A stretch of 50,656 nucleotides of DNA from a virus (lineage: Duplodnaviria > Caudoviricetes), in the IMG/VR virus record IMGVR_UViG_3300031857_000291, positions 1 to 50,656 of that record; one strand, 5' to 3'. A program made the translations under genes and the position numbers. The notes under the pieces were generated by a model. It had not been told where the DNA came from and made no database searches. It was given only the letters and a program-made list of their open reading frames with translations. Positions 35,501 through 42,988 of this stretch are shown in pieces. Numbering within the stretch: the stretch's first letter is position 1; each line of letters opens with the position of its first letter.

Positions 35501-36140
35501 CTGCGGAAACCTTGGCCTTCTCCTGCGGAGTGAAGAATGTCTCAGGCAGAAACACTCCGCGCTGGCTCCTAGCCATCGGGCTAGTTACGGCGTTAGCGCC
35601 CAGAGAGTCGAGCATGGAAACGCCAGCGCTCTTCAACACCTTGGATACGCCAGGGGCTACCTCACGGGCGGCAAAGCCCCCAGGCAACATCTGCCCCACG
35701 GCACCCAGGTACTCCAGCGCCGCAGTACCGTACTGCCCCCGCTCAAGCGCTCCGGCAGCACGCTCAGTGCTGCGGTAACCCTCTTCCATAAAGTAAGGTA
35801 GTGCGGGCAGTAGGGGAATATCTGCCAAGCCAATGCCGAGTGGCAGGTTGCTCTGTGGTCCACCCAGCACAGTCTGCGCGGTGCGGCGTGCCCCTGCACG
35901 CTCCATGCCCAACCCCTCTAGTGCGGACTGCGCCTTGGCAACGTCCCTCTCCCGAGTGGTGGGGCGGTACTCACGCATTTCAGCCGGACGGGGCTGCTGC
36001 GTAGGTTGCGCACGGACCACGGGCTGCGGCACTGGAGCCGCTGGCTGCATGTAACTTGGACGCCACGGGGCGTCCAACGGAGAGTCTGGACGACGGGGTA
36101 CTTCACCAGTTTCGTAGCCCGGGTCTAGTTGTTGGTCCAT
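32523..36140 (-). CDS. Large internal virion/ejection protein with LPD23-like zincin domain
   Basis: DGSW..ELSD, HPELF...PEL, HELQH, Y....GE..AR..Q.R and VELQSD; last gene of the ejection cluster. Confidence 0.65.
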   Translation of the reverse strand: MDQQLDPGYETGEVPRRPDSPLDAPWRPSYMQPAAPVPQPVVRAQPTQQPRPAEMREYRPTTRERDVAKAQSALEGLGMERAGARRTAQTVLGGPQSNLPLGIGLADIPLLPALPYFMEEGYRSTERAAGALERGQYGTAALEYLGAVGQMLPGGFAAREVAPGVSKVLKSAGVSMLDSLGANAVTSPMARSQRGVFLPETFFTPQEKAKVSAAQELEAKGASPDEVLVQTGLLRDLDGSWAVELSDDKMKFKALQAVQAARAPVVQRISDIESALQVREILERGGSMGNAARTIRVQTGQDPSPKALDLAQKKTVEQLDAALENANNSLMAPIRGLKMKDVVEHPELFDRIPELAEMQVDFLTKSELGGAGGHMDAPANAIRLQTQYMRPGEDYGRSIMAHELQHSIDYRADRDYGISTDTIKDAGEYWKTRLEGDKVNFDADATALQARKLMDNSPGMTPEQALDEVVDRANYYGTAENFGAAGRYNPENESTFAEDGILRDVTLRIVRNVPLDSLKQRVDASQARIRESYQKSRIAEPTETGRYEQYLSNVGETRARLTQTRLDLTPEERLQMFPMREQFMGLDRPPESLKTVEELTGGRYGRSATPAISASMEPPAQMTLREALADQPTTLRTLENLPGKWAMIPMQEIRDQLRRPEVTKAERDVFERVLARTEGDSISAENLVREVGLETKDFRLTPKDTDSFADYGLQSIGRDATPADWTGGMSQPNAQNVRTTIHRSPTPTATNNHFGDPNYFGHTRAFEDETGIPHVVELQSDLVQKAGKELAPEERARLESAFDSVVAQEVVINPILSKSGGGNSIEWASSAANDILQNQDKLLQANPDFLMLLEDDIASKLTPEALNEVGSRAILDNEGDLLRYIATTQTRPGAGLLNIHLGRLRLALEESLKDISNRLSLLGSEHSAKLAEGGAATAQRPMFKNWERRLIREELSRAATPQLNPEYESLRNRAKSALKYVKQVEDSYVEQGFNRTDRMIAAVTAPHRKDAEEFARRALEVEQYKPIPPVVRFADADTVAAVEGWERKLDITPGQAMDPALAGTRLPGNRAGTANDWKYTGNVRVDDTGMWEAERLPIDVNGRQIGPPIWSHSGTSNISEGVISRFVKPSDKFEYPEHQGIYDRYKKEVTNYLKSLGGRQVKDDKGHSWWEVPVDPKKSKRTQLFSMGGAVAAGGAATYNSDEEQ

Positions 36141-36148
36141 GGCAGCGG

Positions 36149-37318
36149 TTACTCGTACTTGAGTGCAGTCAGGTACCCGGCTGACTGTGCAGCGCTCAGC
36201 TTGCTGCTCAGCCCAGCAAAGTACTCATCTTCAATGTCAGGCTCAGTCTCTGCAACATGCACCTTGTCAACTGTGGACATGGCGCGGCGCATGGCCTGCT
36301 TGGCGGACATGCCGTAGCCGCTCACAGCAAAAGGGTACTCCCCAGCGGTAACCCACAAATCACGCTCAACAATGGCGGTGCCATCCGCGTTCATGTCTGG
36401 CATACGCCGTAACTGGACCATTATTGGCTGCGCATGCACGGCCACGCCCCGCGTTATGCCGTAAACAGGCGCTCCAGGCTCCTCGCTCTCTAGCTTGAGG
36501 TAGAAAGCCATGTCCTCAGTGCGGTAGGTGGCGGTATCTTTGGAGGAGAGTGCGTCCAGCGCCCACTGCACGGGGTCGCTGGTGGGTTGTGCGGTACTCT
36601 CCATCGCCCAGCGGCACTTGGCTTTGAACACTACTGCGTCCCCCTGCGGGGTGATGCAGCACTTGACCGTAGCCGTGCCACGCAGTCCACGCTGGAGCAG
36701 TAGGTCAGTCATCGTACCGAGAGTGTCATCAAATAGAGTGGATGCCTCCACCCAGCGGCTGATGCCCGTGTGAGTCAACCCCTCCAGCACGGGGCCAACC
36801 CAGCCGTCGCGGCCCATGTGGCGGGTCACCGTGGCTTGCAAGCCCTCCACGTAATCTTGCAGCAGCAAGTCTCCCTCTGGAGTGGGCAGGCTGCGCACAT
36901 GGGCCAGCATGTCAGCGGCAGAGTAGGACTCAAACGTGTCAACGTCCTCGCCCTTCAACACGTAGCGGGCAGGCTTGGAGTACAGGTGCTTGACGAGCGC
37001 ATCAACGCTGGAAAACTGCTCAGTGGCCGGGGCCAGCGCGGCGTAGTCCTCAAACTTGAGCGTGCAGGGCGTATTCCAGATGGGGAAGCTGCGCTGCATC
37101 AACTGCCGCAGCTTGGCCTCAAACTTCTCGCATCCGCAGTTGAAAATTAGGTCAGCCCAGGCGGCGTGGGCCACCCAGTTATCCACGCGCTCAAAACCAC
37201 GGAAGCCGTTGCCCACCTCGGTGTCCGGCACGTACCACTTGATCGTGTGCCCTGCTTGACTGGCCCGTAGCGCAAGGCTCAGGGCTTTGCCCTTATCGTC
37301 CAGCAGTAGCAGGTTCAT
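36149..37318 (-). CDS. Divergent PurD-like/ATP-grasp protein
   Basis: MNLLLLD...LALRA..AGH.IKWY, YVLKG, LLQDYVEG and a C-terminal GARS-like V.AG.Y...V.G.G region. Confidence 0.55.
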   Translation of the reverse strand: MNLLLLDDKGKALSLALRASQAGHTIKWYVPDTEVGNGFRGFERVDNWVAHAAWADLIFNCGCEKFEAKLRQLMQRSFPIWNTPCTLKFEDYAALAPATEQFSSVDALVKHLYSKPARYVLKGEDVDTFESYSAADMLAHVRSLPTPEGDLLLQDYVEGLQATVTRHMGRDGWVGPVLEGLTHTGISRWVEASTLFDDTLGTMTDLLLQRGLRGTATVKCCITPQGDAVVFKAKCRWAMESTAQPTSDPVQWALDALSSKDTATYRTEDMAFYLKLESEEPGAPVYGITRGVAVHAQPIMVQLRRMPDMNADGTAIVERDLWVTAGEYPFAVSGYGMSAKQAMRRAMSTVDKVHVAETEPDIEDEYFAGLSSKLSAAQSAGYLTALKYE

Positions 37319-39069
37319 TCCGTCTCCTCACTCATCAAAAACGGGGCACGCTCCCTGCTGGGTTGCGCGGCCACGCCCATGCTCACCATGCCCGGTACAG
37401 CGGCCCCGGCAGGGGCGCGGGGTACTACCCCCCTAGGCTGCGCCATTAGGCGCTGGTAGCGCTCACCAGCGGCCATGCTGCGTACTGCTGGGCGGGCGGC
37501 AGCACCGGCAGCAAGCCCCACAGCAATACCGGGCTGACCACTGAATATTGCCGCTGGAATACCTGCGCCCATTGCCCAGTCGCTGAGCACCATGCCCTCC
37601 GGGGTAGTGAGCCCCTCACTGCGGCGGACTACGCTGGGCATAGCAGCAGCGGCCTCGGCCACCCGGCGCATGTTACCAGTCAGCGGCTCACCCCGCTCCA
37701 ACGCACGCCGCAGAGCTTGCGGGTCAACCTTGCCGGTGGTGAGGTTGGTAGCGTCCTCAACGGCGTAGGTCTTGGCGTAGAGCTGGCGTGCGTTGCGGAA
37801 CCGCTCCAGCGCCCCCTGCCGGTTGGTCTGCGCAAGGTGGGACTCCAACAAGTCCTCAAGCATGCTGGCAGCTTCCTTAAAGGCGTAGGCCGCGTCAATA
37901 CTCTCGCTGGGAGCGTCGCTGCGCTTGAGGGTGCGCGTAGCGGTGTCCCGCAAGTTCTTGGTAATGTCAACAATCTGCTCAGGGGTGAGTGTATTAACCT
38001 TCCCCATGGAGCCACGCAGGCGCTCAAGACCACCGTCCTTGTACAGGGCGGGCATCGCTTGCTTGATACTACGGAACCGAGAGTCCAAGTCCTGCACCTT
38101 GGTGAGCCATGCGGGGTCAGTTGCCCGGACGTTGATAACGTCTGGCAGGGCTCGTAGTTGATCGTACACCGCACCGGCTTGATTGCGGATGTTACTGAGC
38201 GCTCCCTCATCCAGTCTGCCGGTGGGGGACAAGCCAAGGTCCTGCCGTACGAGCTGGCTGGCACGCTCCTCATTGTACTGGACCAACCGCTTGACTAGCG
38301 GAGCTTGCTTGGCCACTGACTCAACTGCGATGTTGGTGGCCCCACCGCGTGCCTCGCTGGGCAGGGCGCGGAAGCCCGCTTGCTGCGCAGCCTTAATGGC
38401 GTCTTGCTCCTGCGTGAACTGCATGGGCCCCGTGGGGCGTCCGGGACGAGCGCGGAGCGCCTGCGCACCACCGGCCAGCGCCAACCCAGCCTCGGGCACG
38501 GTGCCACCGATAGCTTCACCCGCAATGCGACCCTGCTCACCCCCTACAGCCTGCCCCACTGCACCACCCACGGCCTCCGCCCCCTTGGAAGCAGCCACAA
38601 AAGGAGCTGACGCCATAGCGGTGAATGCTTGCCCCGCCTGCGTGCGGGGCTGGTAGGTCATCGCACCCTGTACGCTCTCAACAGCCGCAGCGCCGCGCTC
38701 CAGGGCTTGTTCCAGCGGCTTGCCGGTGGCAATGTCGTACCCCGTGCGGGCAAGGCCAGCAATTCCAGCAACGGGGGTGGCTACAGCACCAGTGACCATA
38801 GTGGCCGGAGTTTCCAGCAATGCGCCTGCCAGCATCTGCGCTACGCCCTTGGTCACCTCCATAGTGCTTGGTAGAGGTGCCACTTGCGGACGGAGCTGCC
38901 CCGTGGGCGCTGGCGCAGCCGCGCCCGCCTGCTGAGCAGCGCGGTACTTGGCCCACTCCTCACGCGGAGCGTAGATGCTGGGTTGACGCATAGCGGGGCG
39001 TACGGTCTCCCAGCCGTCAACCTTTGCGCCCTCAACATTCTCCCAGCCAGCTTCGGTATCCGTAGCCAT
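37315..39069 (-). CDS. Internal virion (DNA ejection) protein
   Basis: Ala/Gly-rich helical protein with TYQPRT.AG motif; position in the module. Confidence 0.65.
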   Translation of the reverse strand: MATDTEAGWENVEGAKVDGWETVRPAMRQPSIYAPREEWAKYRAAQQAGAAAPAPTGQLRPQVAPLPSTMEVTKGVAQMLAGALLETPATMVTGAVATPVAGIAGLARTGYDIATGKPLEQALERGAAAVESVQGAMTYQPRTQAGQAFTAMASAPFVAASKGAEAVGGAVGQAVGGEQGRIAGEAIGGTVPEAGLALAGGAQALRARPGRPTGPMQFTQEQDAIKAAQQAGFRALPSEARGGATNIAVESVAKQAPLVKRLVQYNEERASQLVRQDLGLSPTGRLDEGALSNIRNQAGAVYDQLRALPDVINVRATDPAWLTKVQDLDSRFRSIKQAMPALYKDGGLERLRGSMGKVNTLTPEQIVDITKNLRDTATRTLKRSDAPSESIDAAYAFKEAASMLEDLLESHLAQTNRQGALERFRNARQLYAKTYAVEDATNLTTGKVDPQALRRALERGEPLTGNMRRVAEAAAAMPSVVRRSEGLTTPEGMVLSDWAMGAGIPAAIFSGQPGIAVGLAAGAAARPAVRSMAAGERYQRLMAQPRGVVPRAPAGAAVPGMVSMGVAAQPSRERAPFLMSEETE

Positions 39070-41072
39070 TACTGTGCCTTTCTGCGCTGCTGCACACTGC
39101 CGTCAGGGCCTATGCGGTACTCAAAGGTGTTGGGGTCATACGTGCGCCCAGCTTTGCGCAGCGCGGCTTGAATTGCGTCTGTGTTTGCTGCGGGCGCAGC
39201 CTGAGCAGGCGCAGGCGCTGCGGTGGGTTCTCCGGGCAGGGGCACCGTAACGCCCAGGCGGCGGAGCTCCTCCCGCGTGGAGCGTACATCCTCCATCGCA
39301 CGGCGGCGGGCTTCAGGGTCTGTAGACGCGCCCATGCGCTGCACGGCTGCGTCATACTCACGGCGCAGAATGGTGGTACGCTCTTGGTCCCTGCCAGCCT
39401 GCGTGCCAGGGGACACCGTGGCACCATCTCCCCGCTTAGGGGGCGGGGAGATGCTCGTAATAAGCTGGTTCTTAGCCCCCTCCACGCCGCGCTGTCGGGC
39501 CTCGATCATATCCTTGAACGGCTGCTTAAACGCGAGCAACTGGCTCAGGTTGACGTTGGGGTCCAGCATCCGCTCAGCAAGCTGCTTGTAAGCCACGGGG
39601 GTTCCGCCCGCGCCCGTGGCACCGCTGGTGACGCGTGCCGCCTCGTCGATAAAGGCGGTGTACAGCGCATTCATGCCAGCGAAGGTGGGTTCCCCCGCAA
39701 TCTCAGTAGCGGCGCGGTTCCAGTAACGGCGGACAATGGGGGAGTCAGGTCCACCAATCTTCTTAAGCTCGGCCTCCATCTTGTCCAGAATGCCGATAAG
39801 CTCACGCTCACCAGCAGACAAGATGACGTCCTGCGTGGTGATGCGCTTGAGCGCCTCCTGCCCCGCCCGGGCCATGGACGCCTGCACCCCGGCTGACGTG
39901 GGCGTCTCCCCACGGCTTGCCATGTCCGCAATGAAATTACGGAGGAACAGCACACGGTCCTGCCGAGCGGCTGCGCCAGTGCCAAAGCTAGGCACGGGAA
40001 TCTGCCGCCCGTATACGCGGGAAAACTCAGCCAGCTTGGCGTTCTCGTCAGGTGTGAGGTCCGGCACATCACCCGGCTTAACCAGAGCGCGGGCAGCGGC
40101 CACGCTCCCAACACGGAAGGCATCCGCTGGCAGGGAAGGCACCTCGGTGCGCGTGCCGTCCTTGTTGACCTGCACGGTCTGCCGCAGGGAGCGGCTACTT
40201 TCGTAGATGTTGCCAGCCGGGTCAGTATACTGTTCCCAATCTCGGCCCGTGGTGGGGGCAGCACCACGGCCCGTGGCAAGCGGCTTCAACTCTGCGGGGT
40301 TGCCCGTGTAGGCGTTGCCAGTGGCAGTGTCAACCAACCCCACGCCGGGGACGTTGGCTACCACCTTGCCGTCCGGGGCAACAAGGTTCTCAGTCTTCCC
40401 AGTAGCGGCGGCGCGGGCGCGGGCAGCGTCCATCGCATTCTTAATCTGTGTAGTCTGGTACTTGCTGGCGCTAATCATGCCAGGGAGTACGTCCGGTGTA
40501 ACGGTCTGCAAGCCCTGCAACACCTCCGCGTTGAACATGGGGGTATTAGGCCCTGCCATGCGCCCCTGCATGCGCGTGAGCAACTGCGCTCGGTTGTCGT
40601 TAAACTTAGCCAGTGCGCTCTCCGGGCCACCGGCCTGCAAGTCAGCCTCGTACTGCTTCTGCAACGCATCGAGGAATGGCATTGCGCTCTCAACGCCTGC
40701 GCCGTAAGCGGCCAGCTCATCTTCTTTGAGCCCAGAAATTTTCTTCTGAAGATCGATGTCCGCAGTCTTCAGTCTCTGCGCCTGCTCCCCAAGGCGGGTA
40801 AAGTACTCAGGGCTTACGCGACCACGGAGCTCAGACAGGGCACGCTCAATGCCAGGAGGGGTGAACAGGTCTCCGCCAGACTTGAGGTAGGACTGCACGG
40901 CCTCACGGTCCGCCTGTGCAGAGCGTGCGCTGCGCATTTTCTCTTGCGTGTCGACCAGCGTACCAGCTAGGGAGTATGCGCCCTCCAGCTTGCTTGTAGC
41001 GTCTACAGGTGTGAACTGTGCCCGCATGGGCACAGCAGCACCGCTCTGTAAGAGTGAAAAGTCCACCGCCAT
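39069..41072 (-). CDS. Internal virion (DNA ejection) protein
   Basis: Helical 667-aa protein following the gp7-like gene. Confidence 0.6.
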   Translation of the reverse strand: MAVDFSLLQSGAAVPMRAQFTPVDATSKLEGAYSLAGTLVDTQEKMRSARSAQADREAVQSYLKSGGDLFTPPGIERALSELRGRVSPEYFTRLGEQAQRLKTADIDLQKKISGLKEDELAAYGAGVESAMPFLDALQKQYEADLQAGGPESALAKFNDNRAQLLTRMQGRMAGPNTPMFNAEVLQGLQTVTPDVLPGMISASKYQTTQIKNAMDAARARAAATGKTENLVAPDGKVVANVPGVGLVDTATGNAYTGNPAELKPLATGRGAAPTTGRDWEQYTDPAGNIYESSRSLRQTVQVNKDGTRTEVPSLPADAFRVGSVAAARALVKPGDVPDLTPDENAKLAEFSRVYGRQIPVPSFGTGAAARQDRVLFLRNFIADMASRGETPTSAGVQASMARAGQEALKRITTQDVILSAGERELIGILDKMEAELKKIGGPDSPIVRRYWNRAATEIAGEPTFAGMNALYTAFIDEAARVTSGATGAGGTPVAYKQLAERMLDPNVNLSQLLAFKQPFKDMIEARQRGVEGAKNQLITSISPPPKRGDGATVSPGTQAGRDQERTTILRREYDAAVQRMGASTDPEARRRAMEDVRSTREELRRLGVTVPLPGEPTAAPAPAQAAPAANTDAIQAALRKAGRTYDPNTFEYRIGPDGSVQQRRKAQ

Positions 41073-41076
41073 ACGG

Positions 41077-42027
41077 TCACCCCACCATGTCGTAATCGAC
41101 CATCAAGTACCCGGCAGGTCCGCGCCGCACGGCTTGGGGCTTGCTGCTGGCAAGGTCTTGAGCCATGACGCCCATGCGTGGCTCGTCGTCGTCCATCATG
41201 CGGTAGGCGTAGATAGTCTCACCATCAAAAGTTTTGCCAACGGGGCGGGCGTCCCGCTTGGCACGCATGTCAGACGTACCCCAGCCCAGCGTAGGCACGC
41301 CACCAGAGAGCAAATCAGTGCTGCTGCCCGTGATTGAATACGCAGGATTGGATAATCCAGGTGCCGAAAGGCCACTGCCTCCAGTGGGAACGTTGGGAGT
41401 CGTTGGGTTAAACAAGTTGTTCAACACATTCATCTGCCCCAGTGTGCTGCCGAGGCCCTGGATAGCGCTGCCATAGATATTGCCCTGAGCCACCTGAGCC
41501 CCAGCCAGCGCCCCACCGCCAGCCAGCACTGCGTTGGACGCAGTGTCCGCCACGCGACCCACCTCGGTCTGCCCAACCTGTGCGAGAGACTGGATGGGCT
41601 TAAGGTTAGCCTCAAGCTGCGCGAGGTACTGATTGAACGCCTGATTCTGGTACTGGGCACCAACCTTCTGCCCATAGTCAGTAAGGCCCGCCAGGGTGTT
41701 AGAAGTCAATAGCCCACCCCGGCTGGCAGCGGACTGCTCAATAGCCTCTCGGCCAGTGGCAAGAGCGGTCTGCATGGCGGGGGCGTTCATGGCATCGGCC
41801 ATGCTGAACTTAGCTTGAAATTCACCACCCGGAGCCAGCCCCCTCTCCAACCGTCCCAGTGCCACCTTACCTGCGTCAACCCACGGCTTGCGCTGCTCGG
41901 CTTGAATTTCAGCAGCCCGGGTGGAGGCATCGGCTTGCGTCTGCGCGGCGCTCTCAGCCCCGCTAGAGGCCATGTCCGCAGCAATTAGGCTACCACCCAC
42001 CGTGAGTAAAGCACCGATGAAAGGCAT
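41077..42027 (-). CDS. P22 gp7-like DNA transfer protein with C-terminal peptidase S74-like chaperone domain
   Basis: PWVDAG..AL and SAASRGGLL.SNTL..L..YGQ; C-terminal SD.RAK...Y.Y...GVMAQD....P.AV...GYL.VDY. Confidence 0.75.
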   Translation of the reverse strand: MPFIGALLTVGGSLIAADMASSGAESAAQTQADASTRAAEIQAEQRKPWVDAGKVALGRLERGLAPGGEFQAKFSMADAMNAPAMQTALATGREAIEQSAASRGGLLTSNTLAGLTDYGQKVGAQYQNQAFNQYLAQLEANLKPIQSLAQVGQTEVGRVADTASNAVLAGGGALAGAQVAQGNIYGSAIQGLGSTLGQMNVLNNLFNPTTPNVPTGGSGLSAPGLSNPAYSITGSSTDLLSGGVPTLGWGTSDMRAKRDARPVGKTFDGETIYAYRMMDDDEPRMGVMAQDLASSKPQAVRRGPAGYLMVDYDMVG

Positions 42028-42028
42028 T

Positions 42029-42358
42029 TCAGTTCTCCACGATGAGTTGTGCGTCCACCTTGTCTGGGTCTGTTTCACCCGTGTGATGAATGCAGTACCA
42101 CAGACTATCTTTAATTGACGCGATGGAGTGGCTCAGCCCCGCAGGAATGTTGATTACTGCGGGGGCGTGATATTCGCGCTTGCGGTCACCAAGCTGGACC
42201 ACTACATGCCCACTCGCGAGAATGGACATGTGGTCGTGCGTGTGGCGATGCTGTACCAGCGTGCGTCCAGCGGGGATTGATATTTCCTTGGCGTATACGC
42301 CACTGGAAAAGTGGTGCGTAACTTCGCAGCCAGCTTGCTCTAGGGTAACAAGTTCCAT
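42029..42358 (-). CDS. Cupin-domain protein
   Basis: HHFS.GVYAKE..IPAG..LVQHRH..DH.SIL..G...I.AG..H...WYCIH. Confidence 0.8.
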   Translation of the reverse strand: MELVTLEQAGCEVTHHFSSGVYAKEISIPAGRTLVQHRHTHDHMSILASGHVVVQLGDRKREYHAPAVINIPAGLSHSIASIKDSLWYCIHHTGETDPDKVDAQLIVEN

Positions 42359-42365
42359 AGCGGGT

Positions 42366-42395
42366 AGTGTACCGCGTGGGGGGCCATTGCCGCAA
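42366..42395 (-). promoter_or_regulatory. Promoter TTGCGG-N18-TACACT, probably giving a leaderless mRNA for the cupin
   Basis: The -10 is followed by 7 nt and then the ATG at 42358. Confidence 0.6.
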
Positions 42396-42731
42396 CTAGG
42401 ACACCTCTCTCCCGCTACAGCGGAAGTTGATGGCGCTTGCGGTGCCGGCGAGGGTGGAAATAAATCCATTAGGAGCGAGTACGTGCCCCACCAGCTCGGG
42501 GAAGGTGTAGGTTTCGCTAGGTTGCAGCGTCTTCGCTTTGGTAATCAAATTCTGATTGCCCGCAGTGTCTGACGGCGTAACCAAGTTGACGCTGATGGTT
42601 GACGCCGTTGCGCTGTAGTTGGTGGCCGTCACCTTGTCAATAATCGCAGTCACGCCCGTGGCGGTGTACTGCGTGGTCTGCATAGCCTCAGCAATTTTTG
42701 CTGGGACCAGAACCTTTACGATTACTGTCAT
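42396..42731 (-). CDS. Small virion structural protein
   Basis: TQYTA..V.AIIDK.TATN...ETYTFPELVG..L..GFIST...SGRE pattern. Confidence 0.65.
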   Translation of the reverse strand: MTVIVKVLVPAKIAEAMQTTQYTATGVTAIIDKVTATNYSATASTISVNLVTPSDTAGNQNLITKAKTLQPSETYTFPELVGHVLAPNGFISTLAGTASAINFRCSGREVS

Positions 42732-42988
42732 TCTGCTCTCCTAGCTTCGATTTCGAGCGGGTTGTTCCGGTAGCCGTGCCGCAGCAGGCCCCACAGGTAT
42801 GTCACATACCACCGCACCACCCCCATCCGCTGGGCCTGCTGCCAGTGGCACTGCTCATGCCTGATGAGCGGCGCTTCGTTGATGCGCTCGGCCAGGATGA
42901 AGATGCCCAGCGGCGGCAGCGTGATGCCTCCGTACCCGAAGGTGCGGAGAAACCACCTAACGATGTGTGGCGCTGGGCGGGGGGTCAT
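42728..42988 (-). CDS. Small HExxH (DUF4157-like) protein
   Basis: RHEQCHWQQ...GY.NNPLEIEAR. Confidence 0.7.
   Translation of the reverse strand: MTPRPAPHIVRWFLRTFGYGGITLPPLGIFILAERINEAPLIRHEQCHWQQAQRMGVVRWYVTYLWGLLRHGYRNNPLEIEARRAE

Noticed and set aside
36149-37318. Genuine purD auxiliary metabolic gene
   Set aside because: Lacks the canonical PurD GxGGRE-type motifs and has no purine-pathway context.
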